Source: Methanomassiliicoccales archaeon
Lineage (GTDB): Archaea; Thermoplasmatota; Thermoplasmata; Methanomassiliicoccales; UBA472
Direction: 5' to 3'
DNA length: 64,000 nucleotides
Assembly (NCBI GenBank): GCA_036677555.1
Contig: JAVBWG010000011.1
Coordinates: 175,716 to 239,715 of the forward strand
A model generated the notes under the pieces. It was given only the letters and a program-made list of their open reading frames with translations. It did not search any database and was not told the origin of the DNA. Made by a program: the position numbers and the translations under genes. Each line of letters begins with the position of its first letter. Position 1 is the stretch's first letter. Below, in pieces: positions 43,749 through 52,997 of the stretch.

Positions 43749-44426
43749 ATGAGTCCATTGCATGTAGTGCTCCATATCCAGACCAGCCTGGACGCCAGGG
43801 CCACCGGTTTCGAGATAGATATGGGCGCATACTATCGGTTGGCGGAGTCATTCGAACCTGACGGCACCATCTCCGGGGCGGACACCTTTCTTGCCGCACC
43901 GATCCCGGACGAGGTGCCGGAATGGTCGTTCGAGGTGGCCAAGAACTTTCCCAGCTGCTCCCGCTCGATTATGGCCATCGTTGACAGCAAGGGGAGGGTG
44001 CGCAACTGGAGCGCGATCAAGAAGCAGCCTTTCTGGAAGACACCGGTGGCATTGTGCTCCCGTTCCACCCCCAAGGAATATCTGGACTATCTTGAGAGGG
44101 AGGGCGTCGATGCGATCATCGCCGGCGATGACCGTGTCGATCTCAAGAAGGCATTGAGGGAGCTGGGAGCCAGATATTCGCTGCGCACCCTGCGCATCGA
44201 CAGCGGGGGGACGCTGTCGGCCATCATGATGAAAGAGGGCCTGATAGATGAGGTGAGCGTCATCCTCAGCCCGTGCATCGTGGGGAACGTGAACAGCGCG
44301 CATTTCATCAATCCCGTCGTGGCGGAGCTTCCTGAATCAAGAAAATTGAGGCTCAAGCACGTGGAGGAGATAGAAAACGGCCTGATCTGGCTGAAATATG
44401 ATGTGATCAAGAAAAGGAAGAGCTGA
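43749..44426 (+). CDS. RibD C-terminal / dihydrofolate-reductase-like domain protein
   Basis: 225 aa from the ATG at 43749 (MSPLHVVLHIQTSLDARATG...LRIDSGGTLSAIMMKEGLIDEVSVILSPCIVG). The upstream part of the track ORF looks non-coding. Confidence 0.6.
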   Translation: MSPLHVVLHIQTSLDARATGFEIDMGAYYRLAESFEPDGTISGADTFLAAPIPDEVPEWSFEVAKNFPSCSRSIMAIVDSKGRVRNWSAIKKQPFWKTPVALCSRSTPKEYLDYLEREGVDAIIAGDDRVDLKKALRELGARYSLRTLRIDSGGTLSAIMMKEGLIDEVSVILSPCIVGNVNSAHFINPVVAELPESRKLRLKHVEEIENGLIWLKYDVIKKRKS

Positions 44427-44435
44427 GCGTCCCGT

Positions 44436-45098
44436 TCACAGGGACGGCTCGATCACGTACTTGCACATGTTGAAGCCCGCGCCGAAGGTGTCCTTCTCCA
44501 CCACGCGCAGGGGCATGTGAAGCCTCTCCTCGAAGATAGACTCCAGTATTCCTTCGTTGAGCAGGCACAGGGTCTTGCCTACGTCCGGGGCCTTGGAACA
44601 GTCGTATTCGTCGCGGATGATAAGGGTCACCGGGTGCAGCGAGAAGACCACCACCTCCCCGAGCTCGTGCATGGCGTAGAACTCCTTGATCTCCTTGATC
44701 AGCCCTTCCACGTCAGTGGCCTTCATGCGGGTGGATATCTCCGCCCCCATCTGCCTTCCGATGTCCTTCAGCACCGGGTCCATGTTGAACCCGATGGCCT
44801 CCATGCCGATGACGATGGAGCGTATCGTCCCTTTGAGGAACGTGCTGGAGGTACCGATGGAGCGGCCGATGGTGTTCGAGACCGCCTTCTTCAGCTCCTC
44901 CCTGGGAACCACCGAGCTGCCTACCGGCCTGGATATGACATAGAATATCTTGCGGCGGTTGTCCTCCGGATCGTCACGGTATCCGATGAGGCCTTCCTTC
45001 ACCATCTTGTCCAGATGGACGGAGAGGGTGCTCTGCGCCTTGCTGGTGAGCACCGCGATCTCGGAAAGGCTGAGGTCCCTCCTCTGCAGCTCGCTCAA
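44436..45098 (-). CDS. ArsR-like winged-HTH regulator fused to a V4R-like sensor domain; true start probably upstream of the annotated TTG
   Basis: LSLSEIAVLTSKAQSTLSVHLDKMVKEGLI is a wHTH recognition region. The conserved first helix (ISNPVRQKIL) is encoded in frame upstream of the TTG at 45098, where no ATG/GTG/TTG exists. Confidence 0.6.
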   Translation of the reverse strand: MSELQRRDLSLSEIAVLTSKAQSTLSVHLDKMVKEGLIGYRDDPEDNRRKIFYVISRPVGSSVVPREELKKAVSNTIGRSIGTSSTFLKGTIRSIVIGMEAIGFNMDPVLKDIGRQMGAEISTRMKATDVEGLIKEIKEFYAMHELGEVVVFSLHPVTLIIRDEYDCSKAPDVGKTLCLLNEGILESIFEERLHMPLRVVEKDTFGAGFNMCKYVIEPSL

Positions 45099-45298
45099 AA
45101 TCTTCTGACGGACCGGGTTGGAAATCTGTCTGAGTCCGGTGGTCGTCGAATAAACGTCAAAATCCGTGTTCCTGCTGGGCAGAGGTATCGCCGGGTAACT
45201 GATTACTGCTCTCGCTAATTAAATCTATCGTAATCTTACGAACTATCGCTTCCGGCATAACTTAATTAGAATGCCAACCCTCCCGTGGATGAGACAAG

Positions 45299-46309
45299 AT
45301 GAAGATCAGTATCGACGGCAAGGTCAGCGACATCAGGGCGGTCTGGAGCGAGGACGGCGCGGTCCGAATGTTGGACCAGAGGATACTCCCTCACCGGGTC
45401 GAGGTCCTGGAGTTCCGGGACCATCACCAGGTGGCCGAGGCAATTAGGGACATGACCGTGCGCGGCGCTCCGGCCATCGGCGTCGCCGCTGCCTACGGGA
45501 TGATGCTTGCAGCCAACGACCGTCAGGACCTGCAGAGGGCGGCCAGGGAGCTGAAGAGCACCAGGCCGACCGCCTTCGACCTGTTCTTCGCCGTGGACCA
45601 CATGCTGTCCAGGATCGAGAGCGGCGACGATGCCGCCGAGGCGGCCGATGAGTATGCCGAGACCATCGTGGAGCGCTGCCGCCTGATAGGGGAGCACGGC
45701 GAACGCCTGATCAAGGACGGCGACAAGATCATGACACATTGCAACGCCGGCGCCCTGGCCACCGTGGACTGGGGAACGGCGCTGGCACCGATAAGGGCGG
45801 CCTGGCGGAACGGGAAGAACATATTCGTCTATGTTTCCGAGACGCGGCCGAGGCTGCAGGGCATGAAGCTCACCGCCTTCGAGCTGCTGAACGAGGGCAT
45901 CCCCCACGCGATAATACCGGACGGGGCGTCCGGCCATTTCCTCAGGGAGGGTGTGGACATGGTGATCGTGGGCGCGGACCGCATCGCCGCCAACGGCGAT
46001 TTCGCCAACAAGATCGGCACCTTCGAGAAGGCGGTGCTGGCCAAGGAGCTGGACGTTCCTTTCTACACCGCCGCCCCGCTCTCAACGTTCGACCTGAGCA
46101 TCGGGCGCGGGGAGGACATACCGATCGAGTACCGGGGAGAGGAAGAGGTGACCGTCGTGGATGGCGTGCGCATAGCCCCGCAGGGCTGCAAGGCGCTCAA
46201 TCCTGGCTTCGACGTCACCCCGGCGAAATACCTGAGCGGCATCATCACCGAGAGCGGGGTGCTGAGACCGGAAGACATCATCAAGAGATTGAGGGGGGCG
46301 AGGCTGTGA
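45299..46309 (+). CDS. mtnA: S-methyl-5-thioribose-1-phosphate isomerase family (eIF-2B alpha/beta/delta-like, MtnA-type)
   Basis: 336 aa. LDQRILPHRVEVLEF...AIRDMTVRGAPAIGVAAAYG...VSETRPRLQG...VGADRIAANGDFANKIGT. Confidence 0.8.
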   Translation: MKISIDGKVSDIRAVWSEDGAVRMLDQRILPHRVEVLEFRDHHQVAEAIRDMTVRGAPAIGVAAAYGMMLAANDRQDLQRAARELKSTRPTAFDLFFAVDHMLSRIESGDDAAEAADEYAETIVERCRLIGEHGERLIKDGDKIMTHCNAGALATVDWGTALAPIRAAWRNGKNIFVYVSETRPRLQGMKLTAFELLNEGIPHAIIPDGASGHFLREGVDMVIVGADRIAANGDFANKIGTFEKAVLAKELDVPFYTAAPLSTFDLSIGRGEDIPIEYRGEEEVTVVDGVRIAPQGCKALNPGFDVTPAKYLSGIITESGVLRPEDIIKRLRGARL

Positions 46310-46917
46310 AACAGGCCGGCATGGACGTGGTGCGTTATGGGAGGCTCCTGTACGAGAAAGGGCTGACCAGCGGGACAGGCGGAAACATCAGCGCCCGGGT
46401 CGGGGACATGATGGTCATAACCCCTTCCGGATCGTGCAAGGGCATGCTGGACCCCACCGAGCTGGTGACGGTCGATATAGCCACGGGAAAAGCGGTCAGC
46501 GGAAAACCGTCCATGGAAACTCCTTTTCACCTCGCGGCATATCGCAAGCGGCCGGACGTGAACGGGGTGGTGCATGTGCACTCCCGCTTCTGCACCGTGC
46601 TGGCCTGCGCCAAGACGCCTGTGGACCCGGCCCTGACCCCGGAAGGACTGATGGTGCTCGGCAGGAAGGTTCCGCTGATACCCTACGCTACGCCTGGCAC
46701 TGATGACCTGGCGGTCATGCTCGGCAGGGAGGTGGAGGCGGCCGACGCCTTCCTCCTGGAAAGCCATGGAGCGATATCCGTCGGGAAGGACCTCAAGGAC
46801 GCCTTCCACAGGATGGAGACGCTGGAAGCCCATGCCGAGCTGCAGTACCACCTGGCTCTGCTGGGAAAGGGCCGACCGCTGCCGGCGGAAGAGGTGCGGC
46901 GGATATTGAGGGAGTGA
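46306..46917 (+). CDS. Class II aldolase/adducin-family protein (MtnB / fuculose-phosphate-aldolase-like)
   Basis: The GTG at 46306 overlaps the mtnA stop (GTGA); an alternative ATG lies at 46321. GTGGNISAR...VITPSG...METPFHLAAY...VVHVHS are signatures of this family. The track shows it only inside a longer spurious ORF, 45739..46917. Confidence 0.75.
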   Translation: MKQAGMDVVRYGRLLYEKGLTSGTGGNISARVGDMMVITPSGSCKGMLDPTELVTVDIATGKAVSGKPSMETPFHLAAYRKRPDVNGVVHVHSRFCTVLACAKTPVDPALTPEGLMVLGRKVPLIPYATPGTDDLAVMLGREVEAADAFLLESHGAISVGKDLKDAFHRMETLEAHAELQYHLALLGKGRPLPAEEVRRILRE

Positions 46918-46921
46918 TCGC

Positions 46922-48010
46922 ATGATACTTGTCACCAAATGGTTCGGGGTCTTCCTTTGCGAGGGCGAGGAGGTCCGCAGGTTCAAGCTGTTCGAGAAGG
47001 AGCCTAAGCTCGTGGCCATGAAGCTGGCCGCCGTGCAGCGCGGCGAGATCCTTCCGGAGGAGAGGGAGCTGGCCGTCAAGAGGATGAAGGTGGCCGACGC
47101 ACGGCTGAAGCCGTTGGGCAAACCGATGGTCTTCGATTCGTCCTTCATAAGGCCGGAGAACTATGGCCTCACGCCCGACCTCATGCAGAAGGTGATGCTG
47201 GAGCTCGGGAAGATCAGGGTGCGGGAACCGCTCAGCGAGGACCGCTCCATCGCACAGGCCATCCGGGCTACGGACGACCTCATCGAGGAGATCAATCTTC
47301 TGAGCGAGAGGCTGCACGAGTGGTACGGCGTGTACTTTCCCGAGCTGGGAGATTTCGCGGTCGACGCGGAGTACGCACGCCTGGTGTCCGAGATGGGCGA
47401 CCGCCAGGTCATAATGGACCACCTGGGCGTTTCGCTCGAATCGGTGGGAACGGACCTGGTGGATCGCGATCTGGAGGTCATTCGCGGCCTTGGCGGAACC
47501 TTGTTCGAGCTGTACAAGCGGAAGGAGGCGCTGGACGCCTACATACTGGAGGGCATGGACCGGGTGGCGCCGAACCTTTCGGCCCTGCTCAATCCCAACC
47601 TGGCCGCCAGACTGATATCCCTGGCCGGGGGGCTGCAGCGCCTGGCCAAGCTGCCATCGTCCACCGTGCAGCTGCTGGGGGCGGAGAAGGCTTTGTTCCT
47701 GCACCTGCGCTCCGGGAAGCGGCCGCCGAAGCATGGCGTGATATTCCAGCATCCCTGGGTGAACCGCTCGCCGTATTGGCAGCGGGGGAAGGTGGCCCGG
47801 AGCCTGGGAGGGAAGATAAGCATAGCCGCCAAGGTGGATGCCTACCGCGGTGACTTCATCGCCGATCAGCTGAAGGAGCAGATGGAGAAGCGGGTGGCGG
47901 AAATTAGGGAGAAATACCCCGATCCGCCGAAGCGGGAGCAGCGCCAGCAGGGCCGGCCTCAGCAGAGACAGGGTCAACGCCCTAAATATTACCAGAACCA
48001 CCGGCGATAA
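46922..48010 (+). CDS. nop5: C/D box sRNP core protein Nop5 (Nop56/58 homologue)
   Basis: 362 aa with an N-terminal domain, a coiled-coil, and the Nop domain (NLSALLNPNLAARLISLAGGLQRLAKLPSSTVQLLGAEKALF...HGVIFQHP), then a Lys/Arg/Gln-rich tail. Confidence 0.9.
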   Translation: MILVTKWFGVFLCEGEEVRRFKLFEKEPKLVAMKLAAVQRGEILPEERELAVKRMKVADARLKPLGKPMVFDSSFIRPENYGLTPDLMQKVMLELGKIRVREPLSEDRSIAQAIRATDDLIEEINLLSERLHEWYGVYFPELGDFAVDAEYARLVSEMGDRQVIMDHLGVSLESVGTDLVDRDLEVIRGLGGTLFELYKRKEALDAYILEGMDRVAPNLSALLNPNLAARLISLAGGLQRLAKLPSSTVQLLGAEKALFLHLRSGKRPPKHGVIFQHPWVNRSPYWQRGKVARSLGGKISIAAKVDAYRGDFIADQLKEQMEKRVAEIREKYPDPPKREQRQQGRPQQRQGQRPKYYQNHRR

Positions 48011-48052
48011 GAAAATATATAAACGCAACGCCAATTCCCTCCACTGGTAGCT

Positions 48053-48439
48053 ATGTCGTGGACTCAACAGGAAGTCAGGGAGCTAAAGGAAGGCAGATAC
48101 ATGCTTATCGATGGCGAACCCTGCAAGATCATCAGCATATCCACCTCCAAGCCCGGGAAGCACGGAGAGGCGAAATCCAACATCGATGCCATAGGCATCT
48201 TTGACAACCGAAAACGCCAGATCGTTCACCCGGTCAAGCACAAGGTGCAGGTGCCGATGATCGACAAGCGCAAGGCCCAGATCCTCTCCATCTCCGGCGA
48301 CGAGGTGCAGCTGATGGACCTGGACAACTACGAGACGTTCCAGCTGCCCATCCCCGAGGAGTACAAGGGGCAGCTCACCGCGGGGGAGGAGATCATGTAC
48401 ATGATCGCCATGGACCGCCGCAAGATCACCAAGGTGTGA
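48053..48439 (+). CDS. eif5a: Translation initiation factor 5A
   Basis: 128 aa. The hypusine loop is STSKPGKHGEAK. Confidence 0.9.
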   Translation: MSWTQQEVRELKEGRYMLIDGEPCKIISISTSKPGKHGEAKSNIDAIGIFDNRKRQIVHPVKHKVQVPMIDKRKAQILSISGDEVQLMDLDNYETFQLPIPEEYKGQLTAGEEIMYMIAMDRRKITKV

Positions 48440-48454
48440 TCCAGCCGGATACAC

Positions 48455-49303
48455 ATGGCCCGAAGCGACTCGTTCGCCTTGGCCAATTCCACCTTTGAGG
48501 AGGCGGAGTTCGTCATTTTGGGGGTGCCGTACGACGGCACCACCCGATTCCGCTCCGGGACGCGCAAGGCCCCGACGGCCATTCGTAAAGCGTCCCATCT
48601 CTTCGACCCTTACCTTTTCGAGCATGACCTGGACGTTTCGACCGTGAAGGTCCATGACGCCGGCGACCTTGATTGCGGCTCTTCCTGCGAGGACATGTTC
48701 AAGGCCGTGGAGAGGGAGGCGTCCAAAGTGGTCAAGGCCGGCAAATTCCCCATCGTCATGGGCGGGGAACGCAGCATAACATACCCGCTGGTGAAAGCCT
48801 ATCATGAGGTAGGTGTCATATCCATCGACGCCCACCTGGACTTCGAGGTGCAAGGGGACCGCAAGTTCGACCATGCCTGCACCATGCGCAAGGTGGCCGA
48901 CGTGGTCGGGATTGAGAACGTGGTGCCTTTCGGCGTTCGTTCGATATCCAAGCGGGAAATCGGGCAGGAGATGCCTAACTACGTCGACGCGTACCAGATC
49001 CAGGAGGCCGGGGTTGTCAACTCCTGGAAGAAGGTGCTGAACATGATGCGCCGGGAGCATGTGCTCCTCAGCCTGGACATGGACGGCATAGATCCAGGGT
49101 TCGCTCCTGGTACGTCCCGTCCGGAGCCGTTCGGCCTCACCGGTCACGAGGTCAAGCGCTGCATCGATATGCTGGGCGATCGCTTGGTGGGCTTCGACAT
49201 CTCCGAGGTCCTCCCGTCCCACGACCCGGGAGCCACGGCGGCTTTGGCCGCCCGCATGATCATGGAAGTGGTCGCCATAGTGCACACCCGGCGGGGTGCG
49301 TGA
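48455..49303 (+). CDS. speB: Agmatinase (ureohydrolase family)
   Basis: 282 aa. GGERSITYP, SIDAHLDF and SLDMDGIDPGFAPG are the Mn-binding arginase-family motifs. Confidence 0.85.
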   Translation: MARSDSFALANSTFEEAEFVILGVPYDGTTRFRSGTRKAPTAIRKASHLFDPYLFEHDLDVSTVKVHDAGDLDCGSSCEDMFKAVEREASKVVKAGKFPIVMGGERSITYPLVKAYHEVGVISIDAHLDFEVQGDRKFDHACTMRKVADVVGIENVVPFGVRSISKREIGQEMPNYVDAYQIQEAGVVNSWKKVLNMMRREHVLLSLDMDGIDPGFAPGTSRPEPFGLTGHEVKRCIDMLGDRLVGFDISEVLPSHDPGATAALAARMIMEVVAIVHTRRGA

Positions 49304-49875
49304 TGGACCTTGCGCCCCTCATCTCCGCCTTTGTCCTGATATCGCTCACCGAACTGGGCGACAAGACCATGATAGCCGTGATAACGCTATCCTCGAAATA
49401 TCCCAAGCGCACGGTATTCCTGGGGTCGTTCCTGGCGCTGGCCGCGGTGACCGCGGTGGGCGTGGTCATCGGCGAGGTGCTGTTTCAGTTCGTACCGTCC
49501 TGGATCGTCGGTCTGGCCGCCGGGATAGTCTTCATCGTCTTCGGGATCGTCACCCTGGTACGAAAGGAGGACGACACGGAAGAGGAGGTTAAGGACCGGG
49601 GGAGATGGGGCGGTTTCCTGACCGCCTTCGGGTTCGTGGCGCTCATGGAGCTGGGCGACAAGACGCAGCTGTCCGTCATCACGCTCTCCGCAGAGTCCGG
49701 TGCTGCCCTGATGGTGTTCATCGGCGCCGCTCTGGGATTCCTCTGGCTGGTCATACTGGAGGTTTCCTTGGGCAAGATCATCGGGGAGAAGGTCCCCAAG
49801 GACTACATCCGTATAGGGAGCGGACTGGTCTTCATCATCTTCGGGTTGATATTCCTGGCCCAGCAGTTCCTGTGA
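49303..49875 (+). CDS. GDT1/TMEM165 (UPF0016) family cation transporter
   Basis: Two E-x-G-D-K-T/S motifs (TELGDKTM and MELGDKTQ) in an internally duplicated 6-TM protein. The ATG at 49303 shares one nt with the speB stop; a GTG at 49300 is the alternative start. Confidence 0.8.
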   Translation: MDLAPLISAFVLISLTELGDKTMIAVITLSSKYPKRTVFLGSFLALAAVTAVGVVIGEVLFQFVPSWIVGLAAGIVFIVFGIVTLVRKEDDTEEEVKDRGRWGGFLTAFGFVALMELGDKTQLSVITLSAESGAALMVFIGAALGFLWLVILEVSLGKIIGEKVPKDYIRIGSGLVFIIFGLIFLAQQFL

Positions 49876-51228
49876 TCACTCTTCCAGGAGCTCCCGCACC
49901 ACCTTCTCACACTCATCCCCGCAGCGCTTGGCGGTGCCCTCGTCCTTTCCCTCGGAGTAGATGCGGAAGATAGGCTCCGTTCCCGAGGGGCGCACCAGGC
50001 TCCAGCCGCCTTCGAAGAATACCTTGACCCCGTCCGTGACGTCCGTGCGCTGGTCGGCGAAGTACGCCTCCACCTGCTCCAGCACCCATTCCTTCCTGTC
50101 GTCGGGGCAGGAGAGCTTCCTCTTGTCCAGGCAGTAGCGGGGCACCTCCTTCAGAAGTTCCGAGAGCGGACCTTTCTTGGCTATGATCTCCAGCATCTTG
50201 GCCATGGTCATGGCCGCGTCGCGGCAGTACTGGTGCTCCGGGAAGATCAGCCCGCCGTTCTCCTCGCCGCCGAACACGGCATTCACCTCCATCATGCGCC
50301 TGGCGACGATCGGGGCTCCGACCTTGGTGTAGATGACCTGGCCGTTGTGCCTCTTCACCACCTCCTCCAGGCAGGAGGAGGTGCTGACCGGGGTGACCAC
50401 GATGCCCCCCTCGTTCTCCTGGACATAGTGGGAGGCGACCACGGAAAGGGACTGGTCCCCGTATACGTAATTGCCCTGGTCGTCGACGAAGATCGTCCGG
50501 TCAGCATCGCCGTCGTGGGCGATGCCCAGGTCCGCCCCGGTGGCCTTCACCACCGCCACCAGGTCCTTCAGGTTGTCAGGAGTGGGCTCGCTGGGATGTC
50601 CCGGGAACGTGCCCTGCGGATTGCCGTTGAGTGTGATGGCGCGAACGCCCAGGGCATCGAGCAGGCCGGGGGATGTCATCGCCCCGGCGCCGTTGGCGCA
50701 GTCCAGAACGACGTTCAGCTTTGCCTCGGCGACCTTGAAGCGGTCCACCGCCCTGACGATGGCGTTGGCGTATGAGGCGCCGACACCGTCGAGATGGGTT
50801 ATCTTTCCCACGTCCCTCCAGGAAGGGGCGGCGAACTCCCTGTCGCCGAAGATGCGCTCGATGACCTCCTCCTTCTTCCTCGGCATCTCCGTGCCGTCGT
50901 GATCGACGCACTTTATGCCGTTGAACTCGGGGGGGTTGTGGGAGGCGGTTATCATCACCCCTCCCTTGACGCCGGAGTTCTTGACGTAATATTGGAGGGC
51001 CGGCGTGGGCAGCATCCCGAGGTCCACCACGCTGGATCCGGCGGAGGTCATCCCCCCGGACACCAATGCCCGGAGCATGTCCCCGGAGGTGCGGGAATCG
51101 GTGGCGATGGCCACCCTACCCTGCATGAATGTGCCTATGGCCCGTCCTACGTCAAGCGCGAGCTCGGCGCTCATGTCCTGGTTGATCACTCCGCGAACTC
51201 CGTTGGTGCCGAAAAGCTTGGTCATCAC
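49876..51228 (-). CDS. Phosphoglucomutase/phosphomannomutase family protein (second paralogue)
   Basis: 450 aa. TASHNPPEFNGIK and HDGDADR. Confidence 0.8.
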   Translation of the reverse strand: MMTKLFGTNGVRGVINQDMSAELALDVGRAIGTFMQGRVAIATDSRTSGDMLRALVSGGMTSAGSSVVDLGMLPTPALQYYVKNSGVKGGVMITASHNPPEFNGIKCVDHDGTEMPRKKEEVIERIFGDREFAAPSWRDVGKITHLDGVGASYANAIVRAVDRFKVAEAKLNVVLDCANGAGAMTSPGLLDALGVRAITLNGNPQGTFPGHPSEPTPDNLKDLVAVVKATGADLGIAHDGDADRTIFVDDQGNYVYGDQSLSVVASHYVQENEGGIVVTPVSTSSCLEEVVKRHNGQVIYTKVGAPIVARRMMEVNAVFGGEENGGLIFPEHQYCRDAAMTMAKMLEIIAKKGPLSELLKEVPRYCLDKRKLSCPDDRKEWVLEQVEAYFADQRTDVTDGVKVFFEGGWSLVRPSGTEPIFRIYSEGKDEGTAKRCGDECEKVVRELLEE

Positions 51229-51229
51229 A

Positions 51230-51916
51230 TCACCTGGGGCGGTCCCTCTGGGCCACGATGAGGATGTGGATGATGTCGGCGGAGTCCTTGAAATTGTCGG
51301 CGGAGTTCTCCACCCCGTGCAGCAGGTCGCGCATGAGATAGATGGCGCGGGCGTCCAGATCGGACAGGAAGAACTCCTTCTTCATCATGAAGTACATGTC
51401 GTCCATGACATGTTCGGAGTCCTCGATGTCCTTTCGGGTCCGCAGGACCAGGTCGTTGTTCACGCCCAGGTTGTCCACGCAGACCTTGAGGCCCTTGGCC
51501 ATCTTCTCCAGCTCGAGGGTCATGGTGTTGAACTTCTTCCAGATCGCCAGCGGGACCGGGATCCCTATCTCCAGCACCAGCTGCAGGTTCATCCCGGCCT
51601 CCTTGCACCAGTCGGCCGCATAGTCCATGCGACGGACCAGGTGCAGCAGGTCCTCGCGGTTCTTCTCCTCCAGGTCCCCGCGGGAGAGCTCTTCCGACAG
51701 CGATTGCTCGCGGGCGTCGGCGGCCTTCTCGGCCAGGAAGGAGCGCTTCAAGGCGTCCAGGGCCTGCTCCCTCTCCCCCCGGCAGAGCATGCCCATGGCC
51801 CGGTTGAACTCTATTATGGTATCGCCCACGTCCTGGGCGTGGCCGCGCATGTCGCGGGATACCACGGACTCTCTGCGCGAATAGAACCATTCCAACAACG
51901 ATGTCCTGTCACTCAA
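51230..51916 (-). CDS. DUF47 / PhoU-like helical protein
   Basis: 228 aa, all-helical. The pattern resembles the TIGR00153/YkaA-type phosphate-transport-regulator-like family. It overlaps the upstream ABC ATPase stop by 8 nt. Confidence 0.55.
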   Translation of the reverse strand: MSDRTSLLEWFYSRRESVVSRDMRGHAQDVGDTIIEFNRAMGMLCRGEREQALDALKRSFLAEKAADAREQSLSEELSRGDLEEKNREDLLHLVRRMDYAADWCKEAGMNLQLVLEIGIPVPLAIWKKFNTMTLELEKMAKGLKVCVDNLGVNNDLVLRTRKDIEDSEHVMDDMYFMMKKEFFLSDLDARAIYLMRDLLHGVENSADNFKDSADIIHILIVAQRDRPR

Positions 51917-52997
51917 GCTTGATCGCCTCTTGCACTCCGTCTTCCGGTCTGGGGTAGAGCACCGCGGCCTTGGGGTTGACCGCTAGATACACTTCCTTTC
52001 CGATAGTTAAAAGGTTTTCGTCCAAGGTGGCCGTGTCGAAGCCAACCTCCTCTTCGTCCTCGGTGTTGGCCGTGATCCGCCAGTACGTTCCCATGTAGGT
52101 GATGGCGGTCACCCTGGCCCTCATCCCCTCATCGGCCTGGAACACGAACTCCGGGCGGACCGAGATGACCACAGCGTCGCCCACCGGATGGTCGGACTGG
52201 TTCACCTTGACCCGGCCGCCGTTCCTGAGCTCGACCACCGAGACGCCGTCCCTGATCTCCAGCACCCACCCCTCCAGCAGATTTGTCTCACCGATGAAAT
52301 TGGCGGTGAATATCCGCTTCGGACGGGTGTACAGCTCCTCCGGCGTTCCGGTCTCCACCACAGTCCCGGCGCGCATGAGCACGATGCGGTCCGAGACGGA
52401 CTGAGCCTCCTCCTGGTCGTGGGTGACGTGTATGGTCGTCAACCCCAGCTCCTTGGCCAGGCGGCGGAGCTCGTACCGCAGGTCCACCCGTACCCGGGAG
52501 TCCAGGGCGGAGAGGGGCTCGTCCAGCAGCAGAAGCTTGGAACCGGAGGACAGCGCCCTGGCCAGCGATGCCTTCTGCTGCTCCCCTCCGCACAGCTCGC
52601 CAGGCAGCATACCCATCTTGTCCAGGAGCTTGACCATCTCCAGGAAGCGCCTGGATATGCGGACCTGGTCCTCGGGGGGCAGGTCCTTGGCCCTCGGTCC
52701 GTAGGAAACGTTGTCCGCCACGGTCAGATGCGGGAACAGAGCAATGTTCTGGAACACGTAACCGATGTCCCGGTCCTCGATGGGCACGCCGGTCATGTCC
52801 TTGCCGTCGATGAACACCTTCCCGTCCGAGGGCTCGATGATCCCGGCGATCATTCGTATGAGGGTGGTCTTCCCGCATCCGGACGGTCCGAGGATGGTGA
52901 CGTACTCCCCGTCGGCCACGGTGAGGTCGACCTTGTCCACCGCCGTCACTGAGCCGTAGCGCTTACCTAGACCGACAAGCCTGACCTCGACCATCAT
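51909..52997 (-). CDS. ABC transporter ATP-binding protein (importer type with a C-terminal regulatory/TOBE-like domain)
   Basis: 362 aa. Walker A GPSGCGKTT, signature CGGEQQ, Walker B LLLLDEP, H-loop VTHDQ. Confidence 0.85.
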   Translation of the reverse strand: MMVEVRLVGLGKRYGSVTAVDKVDLTVADGEYVTILGPSGCGKTTLIRMIAGIIEPSDGKVFIDGKDMTGVPIEDRDIGYVFQNIALFPHLTVADNVSYGPRAKDLPPEDQVRISRRFLEMVKLLDKMGMLPGELCGGEQQKASLARALSSGSKLLLLDEPLSALDSRVRVDLRYELRRLAKELGLTTIHVTHDQEEAQSVSDRIVLMRAGTVVETGTPEELYTRPKRIFTANFIGETNLLEGWVLEIRDGVSVVELRNGGRVKVNQSDHPVGDAVVISVRPEFVFQADEGMRARVTAITYMGTYWRITANTEDEEEVGFDTATLDENLLTIGKEVYLAVNPKAAVLYPRPEDGVQEAIKLE

